A stretch of DNA of 64,000 nt from Antechinus flavipes (Eukaryota): assembly GCF_016432865.1 (NCBI RefSeq), contig NC_067401.1, forward strand, positions 190,278,001 through 190,342,000, in the 5' to 3' direction. Positions 38,601 to 50,084 of this stretch are shown piece by piece. Positions within the stretch are counted from its first letter, which is position 1, and each line of letters opens with the position of its first letter. The translations under genes and the position numbers were made by a program. Under the pieces are notes generated by a model. That model ran no database searches. It saw nothing but the letters and a program-made list of their open reading frames with translations, and had not been told where the DNA came from.

Positions 38601-41600
38601 GATATAGACTAAGGCTTAGAAGGGATGATACTAATCAAAATGGCAAATCCAAAACTCAAACTCAAATCTCATAATTTCAAGTTCTGTTCCCTATATTCCA
38701 CTGGCTCTTGTGGCCTCCTCAAAACCAGAAATCTTTCCTCCTAACTAATGCCAGAGAAACTGAGACAAGGCAGAGATTGGTTTTTAATCTTTTAATGTGG
38801 AGAGTTTAGACTAGCCGGCCAAATCAAACTCATGTTCAAAATCATTCGACCTGGAGTAACTGAGGCACAGACTTTATATAGGACTGTAACTAGCAAAGTA
38901 AACAGATGATACAGAAGCAAAAAGAATGCAGTTGGATCATCAGGCAGCTGTTATATATGAAAAATATGTTTCTCATAGCCTAAAGCAATAACAATGATGG
39001 GAATGGGCTTGGGATGTATACAATGGTGAGAATGAAAGCAATAACAGGATGCATATAATGATGGGAATGGGCTTAAGGGGACCTTCCAGGGTCAGTATTT
39101 TCGGAAAACAATGATATCACCTGTAGAAGCACCTTACAGGTGTGACAGAAGAACAGAAATAGACAAGGTCACTCTGGTCATGCTTGCCACTTTGATCTAG
39201 TGTGTGAGGCAGCTAAGTTCAGGTTCTCATGAGAAATTTACAGGGTCCTTTTTGGTTCCACATAATAACAAATCTTTCTTATAATAATGAATTGAACCCA
39301 AGTATCCCTATTTCTAAGGGCAGCTAGGTGGCGTCATAATGAATAGCACATTAGGCCTGGATTCAAGACAATCAGGTCTCAGTTCAAATGCTAACTAGCT
39401 GTGTGACCCTGGGCAAGTCACTTACCCTGTTTGCCTCAGTTTCTCATCTGTAAAACGAGATGGAGAAGGAAATAGCAAATCACTACTTATCTTTGCCAGG
39501 AAAACCCCAAATGGGATTACAAGAGTTCTTTACAACTGAACAACAAAATCCCTCCTTTCCTACAGCTTCCTACTCCTATGATTTCCCTGAAGATGTGGCT
39601 CCAGTCCTGGACACCTCCTTTTCTCAACTTCTTGGTGCCACCAACCCCCTGATGCAAAACTCTGGTAAGAGATGGGGTATGGGACAGAACCGGGGTGAAG
39701 AGGATGGAGAGAAGGTAAGCCTGAGAGAAAGAGAGTGGTGCTGATCTAGAATCCAGAGGTAGAAGCCATAGCCTAAAGGTGTGAACAGAAGCTCAATGGA
39801 CAGTCTTGGAGAAGAGAGCTGTTCTTAGAAAAGGGAAGGGAGAAGTGGTATAATTGCAGGACCTGTTAAACATAAAACTATGAGGTGATATTTAAATTTA
39901 TTGGCTTGGTAAAACAAAAGAACTTCCCAGGCCTCTTAAATCAAGGGAAGGTGGGAAATGGGGGTCTAACCCTTCCTTCTTTTCTACATTAACCATGTTC
40001 CTCCGTCCTACTTTTCTCCCAGGCAATTTGGGTCGGCGCATCCAGATCCAGAGGGAAGGCCACTTGAATCTCTACTTGCTCCTTGATTCTTCCCAGAGTG
40101 TCAGTAGGGAAGACTTTAACAACTTCAAAGAGAGTGCTGAACTTATGGTAGACAGGGTCAGGAACTGGGGTCAAGATGAACCTCATATTATCTGTCTCTC
40201 TTCTTTTGAAATATAACTTTAAATCTACCTCTAGAAGTCTCTCAGATGGGCCCTTAAGGACACCAAGTAAACACTTTTACATTGATGCACATTGTTTTGT
40301 ATGTGTTCTCAAGTTATCTCTTGATTTTCTTTCTCTGTCTCTGTCTCTCTCTGTCTCTCTTTTTAAAGTGTGTGTTTTCAGCTAGCTCATCCAGAATGTC
40401 TAATTCAGTGCTTTTCTCATGGGGTGCTTAGTAAGTATCTGTTAACTTACTAATAATGATGAAATGAGCATTGTTGGACTAAGGTCCCTTACAGTCCTGA
40501 TATTCTAAGGCTCTACTCCATCTTTCTATTTGGGGTTTCATTTCCTTATGTCTTTCTCCCTCTCCCTTCCTTCTTCACTCACCCCTACTCCCTCTTCCTC
40601 TTTCTCACTCTCTCCTTCTGTCCTTGACTTTCTCTTTCCTCCTTTTCCCCTTTTTTCTCTCGCTCCTTCTTCCTCTCTCTCTTTTATCCCCTTCTCTCTC
40701 CCCTTTTCCCCTCCTTTCTCCCTCCTTTTTCTCTCTATTTTGTGGGTCCTCATTATATTCTTTTCCCTTCTGGTTCATCTTCCCACAGATCTTCAGCTTT
40801 GATGTTAATGTCAGTGTTGGTATTGTCATTTTTGCTAAGACTGCTAAAGTCATCTTGTCTGTCACTCACAAGGATTCTCAGCAACAGACTGAAATAGCCA
40901 AAAAGCTACAGGAGATCAAGTATGGAGGTAAGGATTGGAGGGGATTGAGGGGAAGAAAAGACATAAGAGGGAAGTGCTGCTTCAGGTGGGGAGGACTGAG
41001 AGCACAATTGGGAATGGTTCTGGTTCAGTATACTCTCTGGCTGGAAGGGTTTTGGACTAGATTAAGAAAAAGCATTGTCTCTTAGTAGCGTGGCATGAGA
41101 CTACACTGGGAAAAGTATGGTCTCAGCTTCCAAATATAAAATCTATTTATTAGAGATGTTATAGAAAAGGTTTCCTCCCAGGTACAGTACAGAACAGAGA
41201 CCATCTGAGGTCCCCAATTACTTCGACATTTTGTGATTCTATGTATTCCTGCTTTCAACTCCTTCATGAAAGTCAAAGGAGGATCAGTGAAAACTTGCCA
41301 TGAAGTTAGGTTTCAAAAGAAGGGAGGAATTCAATTAAAGATGGGGATGTTCATTTCAGGCACAAGGCATTGTGTCAGCAAAGATCCTGGGTACCTTTGA
41401 GAAAAGGTGATTCCTGTTGACAGTGGAATTTTACATTTCCTGGATGTCTCAGATAGGGATGGTCTAAGTAGGCAGACAGTATGCTATAAGGCTAGGTTCT
41501 TACTAATTGAAGATAGATTATGTAGAGCATTGAATCCTAGGATCAGGAGTTAATAATAACTCACATTTATATAGCACAACAGGATTCTTCCCGTTGAGTA

Positions 41601-44600
41601 GGTTACAAATCTATTAATATCACTTATAGATGTGCAGATTAATAGTGCAGCTAATAAAATCCCAGATGGCATTTAAATTTAAATTTTCTCAATGCAATGT
41701 AGCCTTCCTATCTACTAGGCACTGCTACTTAAGAGACTACAGACACCATACTGGGATCTTTTGGTTTTTATTATGACTTGGGGCAATAGTAGTTATGTAA
41801 TAAGTACTTAGTTTGAAGTTCAGCTGTGAAGAGGCCTTTGATTTGTGAGTGGGAAATGGAACTGGAGTTCTGCTAGAAGCACAAGATTCTAAGTCCCAGA
41901 GCAGGCATCCTAGAAGGACATTTCTTGTTCCTTAATATGCTTCCCCAGGTGTGGCAAGTAAGATTTTTCTGAGGGATTTCCTCCCCTTTGCTGATTCCAG
42001 ATCCAGACATTGGAACTGGAACCAACATCTACAGAGCTCTAATGCAAATCTATGAAATGATGAATAATGAAATGGCCGTTTATGGCACAAGGCAGAAGGA
42101 GTGGGATGAAATCCGACATGTTATCATCCTTTTAACAGATGGTGAGTGTTGCCTAGATCTTGATGGATGACCTTAAAATTTAGAACACAGGGACAGATCA
42201 GAAGCAAGGAGAGGTAAAGAGTTTTGGTAAAGTGTTTAAAGGAGAAGAAATTAAGGCTTCCAGTAAGTGAAGAAGATATGAGCACTGGAGATGTCTCCAA
42301 GACTCTGAGACTTACTTAGGAATTCTATTTTGCTAACTCTCAGGAGATCCATGAATTCCATACAAACTAACTCTTTTCCACTTTTATTACAATAATCTGT
42401 CCACCATCCAAGTATTAAGCACTGACTGTGCCTTAGGCTTTCTGAGATTTGGCAACTATGTGGGGAATAGAGTGCAGAGGGTCAAGATCTGAGGCAAGAA
42501 TACCAATAAGGAGACTATTACAACACTCCAGATAAGAAGGGTTGACAGCTTGAAGTAGGGTGAGGCTATGTGAGCAGAGAGCTATTAATAATAGCTTGAA
42601 GTTCTACAATACTTAAGACACAGGTCAGGCCTGGCCAGTGCTTTTCCTTACAACTTTGTGAGGTGAATGGTGATAAGTTGTATCCATTTTTATGGATGAA
42701 GGAAATGAGAAATGACTTGTCCAAAGTAATAAAACTAAGCATTTTCAGGAATGGGGTTAGAATTTCAAATGTCTAAATCCTGCTATCATTCTTCTATGCC
42801 TTTCATCCCTGCTTTAGGAAAGTCCAACATGGGTGGATCTCCAAAAGCAGCTATAGAACAGATTGAAGAAGTTTTGAACATAAAGGCAGAGAGGAAAGAT
42901 TTTCTGGGTGAGTATCCAATTTCTGCCTCTATTCATCGCATCCTTCCTCTATATTATTTTTGCATGGAGTTCTTGTCACTTTACAAAGGACATCTGTGAT
43001 TGTGTTTTATGACCAGTGTTTCTGTAAGACACATAATTCTGAATACCTTGATGGGTCAATTCAATTCTTTTTTTTTTTTTAAATTGAGAACCTAGTATGT
43101 TTAAGATATAAATTCTCCTCCATCTCTCAGTAGTAGTTACTCTTCTTTCAGGGCTAAACTCAGATTCTTCTTCCTCTTTTATCGCTCCAGCAGGAAGTTT
43201 TTGGTCCTCAAATATTTCTTAACCACTTTGTATTTTTTTCTTGCCCATTCTCTGACATTTTCCAATTACTTTTCATTTTCAAATTCACCTTCCTATCTTT
43301 GCAAGAGCCTTGCACATTTTAGATACTCAATAAATTAGGGATTTGAATTTAAGGACCTGTGTTAGGGACTATAGGACAGACACAAGGATAACAACAATAA
43401 TCTGGCATCTATATAGGGCTTTAAAGTTTGCAAAGCATTTTACATACTATCTCATTGGATCCTTACCCTGTGAAGTAAGTATGAACAATCCCATTTTTCA
43501 GAAGAGAAAACCAAGCTTGAGAGATTTAAGTTACTTGTCTATTGTCACATTGTTACTGATGAGGTCTAGATATGGGATACCTAAATGAAATTAGGGTTTA
43601 ATTGAGGTCTAGTGGCAGGTTCGGGGTACAGGGAGTCAAATAGAGCTCCCCTGCAGCAGTGCAAGGATATGGCAATAAATGATGTCTACTGATGGCACAA
43701 GAGTCCCTTGTAAAGGAACTCACAGGCCCGAAAAGCTAGATTGATAAAAGAGGTTTATTATGGGGTTAGGAAGTAAGGTTAAAGTCTAGTTAAGGAAATA
43801 GAAGGTAGAGATAAGAGGACATTGGACCCAGGGTTTCAGTGGACACAGATCCCTGGCATGCTAGGCATAAGGCTGGCATGTTTGGAACCTCTGCAAAGAG
43901 AGGGCTCCAGCTTAACTCTTTTATAATGAGATTCAGCTAAAGGGGCCCGTGGGTGGAGTCCCAAGTTGGCTCCTCACTGGATTTCAGTGGGGGCTTGAGA
44001 TTGCTATGTGGGGGTTGAGAAACCTGAGCAGATCATTAGAATGGGGGATGGGACAGCCCAAGTTGGCTCAGATCTGAGTGAGGGCTGGGACAGGCCCGGA
44101 TCTCCTATTGGAATTCAAAGGGATGCTTTTGACCAGGATTTGTGAATCAAAAAGTCCTAGCTTCTCAGCTACACCCAGAGAAAGAACACTGGAAATGAAT
44201 ATAAACTGCTTGCATTTATGTTTTTCCTCCCGGGTTATTTATACCTTCTGAATTCAATTCTCCCTGTGCAACAAGAAAACTGTTTGGTTCTGCACACATA
44301 TATTGTATCTAGGATATACTGCAACCCATTCAACATGTAAAGGACTCTTGCCATTTGGGGGAAGGGGTGGAGGGAGGGAGGGGAAAAATCGGAACAGAAA
44401 TGAATGCAAGGGATAATGCTGTAAAAAATTACCCTGGCATGCGTTCTATCAATAAAAAATTATTTAAAAAAAATAAATAAATAAATAAATAAGTAGCAGA
44501 AGCAGCCAACATCTGCAAAGGGCTAAACAACTGTACTAATCTTACAATCTTTTAAAAATATTTTTTAGCTTGTAAATAAATAAATAATTTTTTTGTAAAA

Positions 44601-47600
44601 TCTCTTTTAAAAAAAAAAAAAAGGCCTAGCTTCTTAGATTGATAATGCGTCAGTTAGGAGGGGTTGGGAATTAGAAATAAACCAGTTCTTAAAGGGACCA
44701 TGACCCACATCACTAATATTAGAGGAAAGATTTGAACCCACTTTTTTCCTGATTCCAAAATCCATTCCTCAGTCAACAAACATTTATTAAGCATCTCCAT
44801 AAGCCAGATAGTGTGCTAAGCATGGGGAAACAAAGACAAATTTTAATTGTATTCACTGTGCTACTCTGTAATCACAAGGCAGTGTTAATCTAGGTACGAC
44901 CTAGGAAGAAGAAATAGAATATTTTAGTGTTAGTTTGTGTTATTTTCACTTTGTACTTTCTAAATTTCTTGGCCTGGCTGTGGGATTTGTGGTTTAGGAG
45001 AAACAATCAGATATTGAAAGATGTTTCATTACTAGTTTTCTAGCTGGGAGAAATCTTAGAGATAAGAGAAAGTCCTAAGGGGCAGCATCTAATGCAACAT
45101 TGTAGTTTTATTCAGTGTTACAAATGCTTCATAGTTATTGCTATTTCAATGACAATATGGGGGTGTCTGATCCCTTTGATGCCACGGGTTTGTGATAAAT
45201 GTTTAACATTTGTTTGTGGGAAGGGAGGGCAGGAAGAAAAGGGGGAAGAGATAGTGGATGGGAATGTATAGTGGACACTTTAAAGTTTAATCTGCATTAT
45301 TAATACTTTCCCCATTATTTTCCTAAATCTAGACAATTACCAGAACAAGAAATCAAGCCCTGGTTTGTTTTCTATTTCTGAGATATAAATGTTCATCTGA
45401 AAATTTTTATAGTTTTCTCTAGCATACCTCTGAAAGCCCAGTGGCATAATGTGATTTTACTTACCCCAGAGATAAGCTAGGAATATTGAGCAGATATCAT
45501 ACTTCATTGAGCAGGGTTAGCTTTCTAAGGATTTCAAGCTCTTCCATGGAAGAACACCTTGTCTTTGATTCTAGAGCTTTCTCCTTTAACTATTTTCCAA
45601 CCTTTTCTGATTTCTAAACTCATTTGGGCAGCTAGGTGATACAGTGGATAGTGTGCTGGCCCTGGAGTCAGAAAGACTTATCTTCCTGAGTTCAAACCTG
45701 GCCTCAGACCCTATGCAAGTCACTTAACCATATTTGCCTTAGTTTCTCATCTATAAAGTGAGTTGGAGAAGAAATGACAAACCACTTTAATATTGACAAG
45801 AAAATCCTAAATGGGATCATGAAGTCAGAAAGCAACTGAAACCCTTCAACAATAAACCCAATTTGGTGCAGATCTCAGTTTCCTTAATTGAGCTCTGTCA
45901 TCTCAATCTCTAGTTATTTTTGCCTTTCTCCTTTTCACAGAGCCACTTTTATTGGGTGCCTAATTGAATGCCTCCTTTTCCGTCTTCTACTCCATTATTT
46001 CCAGATGCTTTAGACCATAAGATTGTGTTTTCTGGGGTTTGTCTAAAGTAAAATATACGAAAATATAGGGCAGTTTAGTGCAGTGGATAGAGCAATGGTC
46101 TTGGAACCAGGAAGACTTCTTCTATTTACCAGTTCAATTCTGGCCTCAGACACTTACTGTATGATCTTGAGAAACTCACTTAACCCTATTTGCCTTAGTT
46201 CCCTCATTTCAATGTTACACATTGGGCTTGTGGCTTCTACCTGTGTGTTGGAGCTTATTTCGTACAAGCACACTAGTAGCCTACTATGATGGGCAGCCTC
46301 CTTTATTACATATTTGACATAACCCAAGAATTTTGAATCATCTTTTTTGATCTCCACCAGACATCTATGCCATTGGTGTGGGGAAACTGGATGTAGACTG
46401 GAAAGAGCTGAATGAACTGGGGTCAAAGAAGGATGGGGAGAGGCATGCCTTCATTCTCCCAGACTCCAAAGCCCTCCTCCAAGTTTTTGAGAATATGTTG
46501 GGTGAGTGAACTTTCCCCTCTCAAGAGCCAAAACCCAGAGGGCCAATATATGGCATATGGGTCATATGTGTTCCAATTTCCCGTCTGCCCATCTCATACT
46601 GCCCTCCTCCCTCTTCAGGTATTTGAGATTGTTTACAAAAAGGTCATTTTTGTTTGTTTGTTTTTACCTAATTAGATGGATCTGATGAGCTACTGGACAG
46701 TAGAACCTAAGAACCTAACTGCTGATACTTTTAGGTTACTGATCCCACCCTGTGACCCCTTCCTTTTCCCCGATGTCACTTATGCTAAGAGGCCCAGATT
46801 AATTAGTGATTATAACCATAAAAAAGTGTGATGATGTACCTTAACTTTTTTGGGAAAAAAGATATTTACCACTAATCTGGGAAAAGGACAACACCCTTTT
46901 CAATTATTTGTTTCCCACCTCTACTCTTACCCTGTCACCTTGTTCACAGATATCTCCAAATTTGTAGACCCCATCTGTGGTGTGGGAAATATGTCAGTCA
47001 ATGCTTCATTTCAAGAGAGGACACCCTGGCATGTCATCATTAAGGTAACAGCCAGATTCTTTATCCCTGAAGATGCAGAAGTAGAGAGAGTAAAAGGACT
47101 GTACAGTATGTCCCTAAAGCTGATATGATCCTCTTTTGCAGCCCAGCAGCAAGGAGACGTGTCGTGGGGCACTTATCTCTAATCAATGGGTTCTGACTGC
47201 AGCCCACTGCTTCCATACAAATAATAACACCAAGCTGTGGAGAGTCATTGTGGGTAAGGAGAGTAGGGAAAGGAACCTCTAACCATAGAGGTCCCAGGCT
47301 GTAGTTTCAACACTCCCTTTCTCTCCCAGAATTCTTGTTGCCTGTCAGAGATATAAGAGCTGAGCTCCTCAACCTACTAATCTATATTTCTAGGAGATCC
47401 TAAGTCAAAGAGGGGTAGAGAGATGCAGATTGATCAGTGGTTCATTCCAGAGGAGTACAATGTTTATGCTAAGAAGGAGCAAGGAATTTCTGAATTCTAT
47501 GGCAATGATATTGCTCTGGTGAAGCTGACTGAGAAGGTCGAGATGTCCAGCCATGCCAGGTACAAAAGCCAGGGGATGTCTCAGCCAGTGGAAAGAAAAG

Positions 47601-49150
47601 ACAGAGTCCTTACACAGGCCTCTTCTGATTCTTCTCTTCTTCTCCAGACCCATCTGTCTTCCTTGTACTGTGGGGGCCAACTTGGCTCTTCGTCGTTCAC
47701 CAACCAGTTCTTGCTTTGACCATGGTAATGTGGGAGGCAGAGAGAAAGGTGCCCAAATCTCAGGGGACTATGAAAGAGCAGTTGGAAAAAAGGACTGGGG
47801 AGGAATTGGGGAGGAGATAGAGGATATATATAGATGCCTGTGATCTGGTGTGAGGGCTGTTGTGAAGATGGTACCTTTCTCTCTGGCTCACAGAGAAGGA
47901 ACTTTTGAAGAAAAACAAAATCCCAGCTCATTTTGTTTCATTGGATGATCAGATAATGGACATTGTTCTCAAGGAAGAAAATGAGGTGAGGACCCAGAGG
48001 GAAATCTGGTAATGTGGGAAGTGATGGGTGAAGAGAAATGGGCAAGAGGAGTCAAGGCTGTCTTCAGACTAAGCTCTCTACATAGGTGTATGCCCTCAAA
48101 AGTTGACCCCACCTCCTTCCTGTGATCTCAACTGCCAGGTCTTCCCTTTCCTTCAAGGGTCATTGGAGAGACAATGGACATTTAACTTCACTATTTTAAG
48201 ATATGGATTGGAACCTTAATTCTAGTACTTGGCAACTTTGGAAAAGTCCCTTAAAACTTTCTGGTCTCAGTTTCCTCATTTGTTAAAAAGTGCGATTGGA
48301 CTCTTTAAGTTTCCTTCCAATTTAAAATCTTTTGACTCTGAATCTTTGCAGCCTATCTCCCTAACATTCTCTACCTTTCCCTCTCCCCCTTCCCCATTCC
48401 TATTCTAGCGAACAAGCTGCCTCCAAGCTGTCTCCCAAGCCAAAGATCTTTTCCCTAACCTCACTGATGTGAAACAGGTGGTGACTGACCAATTTTTGTG
48501 TAGTGGCTCTGGAAATGAGGCATCGCCTTGCAAGGGTGAGTGTAGAAGACTGTAAGGTACCTGGGAAATGAAGTCAGAACTGGTGGAGGCAGAAGACCAA
48601 TCATTTTGGTCAGGGTTAATTATAGCAATGGTTAGCTCATGTCATGGAATGATGGAACCTGGGGTGAGAGGGGAAAGCTGCATGGGAGCTGGACTAATGA
48701 AACCCCTTCCTTCCCATTTTTGGCAGGAGAATCTGGAGGGGCAGTTTTCCTTCAAAAGAGGTACCGATATTTTCAGGTGAGGAGACTAAGGAAAAGGAGC
48801 TAATTGGGTTTGCCTCTGGAATAGAGAATATAGGGTTTCTCCTAGAAAATGGGATCGGAACACTAGGTTAAACGCAACTTTGAAGAATGGGTAGGGTTGA
48901 GTTAACTTCTCACCAAATTTTCTTCTCTATTTAGGTGGGTGTGGTGAGTTGGGGTCTTCATAATCCATGCTCCTCAAAGACAACAAATAGTGCCTTGAAG
49001 TCAACAAACCAAAATGAGGTGAAACGCAAGCCACCTCCAGCTGGCAGTCAAGCCCGTGATTTCCACATCAATGTCTTTCGACTTCAGCCCTGGTTGAGGC
49101 AACATCTAAAAAATGTCTTACGCTTTCTGCCTCTTGGGCCAGCCTCCTGA
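35634..49150 (+). CDS. C2: Complement C2 (3 CCP, vWFA, serine protease), 18 exons, 763 aa
   Basis: Exons: 35634-35676, 35835-36044, 36367-36552, 38307-38480, 39566-39664, 40023-40156, 40789-40927, 42001-42141, 42818-42907, 46361-46501, 46950-47044, 47142-47253, 47394-47559, 47648-47724, 47894-47985, 48409-48535, 48727-48776, 48935-49150. All introns are GT-AG with compatible phases; total 2292 nt. Motifs: LGR|RIQIQ C1s site, MIDAS DSSQS, TAAHC, NDIAL, CKGESGG, RDFHIN. Confidence 0.97.
36858..37228 (+). mobile_element. Solo LTR in C2 intron 3
   Basis: TGTAA...TTACA termini; TATA-like GTATATG; AATAAA at about 37140. Confidence 0.6.
37826..37982. other. Assembly gap (157 N) in C2 intron 3
   Basis: Run of N. 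Confidence 1.
38749..39262 (-). mobile_element. Probable solo LTR in C2 intron 4
   Basis: TG...CA bounded; internal duplication of AAAGCAATAACA/ATGATGGGAATGGGCTT; minus-strand TATA and ATTAAA. Confidence 0.5.
40545..40740. repeat. Polypyrimidine low-complexity tract in C2 intron 6
   Basis: About 200 bp of almost pure C/T just upstream of the exon 7 acceptor. Confidence 0.9.
43586..44709 (-). mobile_element. Solo LTR in C2 intron 9, split by an L1
   Basis: TG...CA bounded; minus-strand AATAAA near 43755 and TATA near 43922. Confidence 0.55.
44166..44622 (+). mobile_element. 5'-truncated L1 3' end with 3' transduction
   Basis: L1 3' UTR, first A-tail ending at 44492, about 116 bp of non-L1 sequence with AATAAA, then a second A-tail. 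TSD AAAAAG(T/G)CCTAGCTTCT at 44149-44165 and 44618-44634. Confidence 0.8.
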
Positions 49151-49347
49151 ATCCTGACCTTGTCTAGCTACTAACCTTCAAATCTCAAGTCCCTTTGATC
49201 TCAGCCTATCCTTTATAGCCTGGTTTCTAGCCCTAGCTGTCTTACTATTTGGATTATAGTCCTTCTCTAGCTTCCTTCTACAGGTTTACTCTTTAATCTT
49301 TTCTAATACCTACCCCTTCTAGGCTGGATTTTCCCAATTATGAAATT

Positions 49348-49353
49348 AATAAA
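49348..49353 (+). terminator. Probable C2 polyadenylation signal
   Basis: AATAAA about 200 bp after the C2 stop codon. Confidence 0.75.
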
Positions 49354-49399
49354 TTTTTGATATTTCACCATATTCCCATTCACTCTTCATCTGTCTGTG

Positions 49400-50027
49400 G
49401 AGCAGAATTAGATTGTGGCTAGAGTAAGTGGGTGGTGGTGGGGAAAACCACTGAAAAGATTCCAGGAATTAGAAGAGGGCAAGAGGTTAGAGACCTTGAA
49501 AGACAAATAGTCTATGGACTCTGTCCCCATTACCCAGACCAGAAAGGAAAAGCTCAGGGCTGTCAGGGGAGGGTAGCTGGCTTTATGGGGAATCATCATG
49601 GGGAACTGGGAGGGGGCCTGGGATTTGGCTAAGAGCTCAGGGCTAGGGAATTTGAAACTCTGGATCCCAAACTCCTGGCAGTAAAGGGAGGGACACGTAT
49701 AGTTTCAGTTCCTTGGCTGCCTATGAATAGGCCTCAAAACAAACACACACATACATTCCCCTTGGGCATTACCGAAAGTGATGCCAGGGGTGGGGCAAGC
49801 TGCAGGTGCCAGAAGAGATTGCATAAGGGGAAGTATAGGGGGTGGTGGTAAGGGGAGAACAGGAGCAATCTAGTTTGGGATTAGAGTTTGGACTTAAACA
49901 TAGCTCTAGTCCCTGATAGATTTAGAGAGAGACAAACCCAACTTCCATCTTATCCCAAGACCCTTTCCCCTCAGTTTTTCTGTTCATAAATTCCCCATTT
50001 CTCTCACCTAGTCAGAACAAGGAAGCC

Positions 50028-50066
<39 letters not shown>

Positions 50067-50084
50067 GTTTCTATTCCCATAACT
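49400..50084 (+). promoter_or_regulatory. CFB promoter in the short C2-CFB intergenic region
   Basis: GAS TTCCAGGAA at 49460-49468, ISRE-like AGTTTCAGTTCC at 49701-49712, C/EBP TTGCATAA at 49819-49826, TATA-like CATAAAT near 49985. These fit the known cytokine induction of factor B. Confidence 0.55.
50028..50066. repeat. (AT)n microsatellite 18 bp upstream of the CFB ATG
   Basis: AT run with one C interruption. Confidence 0.95.

Noticed and set aside
40530-40865. Overlapping ORFs on both strands
   Set aside because: Products of the polypyrimidine tract; only 40789-40927 is a real exon.
41949-41957. Possible 9-nt microexon CCCCAG|GTGTGGCAA|GTAAGA before C2 exon 8
   Set aside because: The downstream intron would be only 43 nt, too short for normal splicing, and exons 7 and 8 already join in frame.
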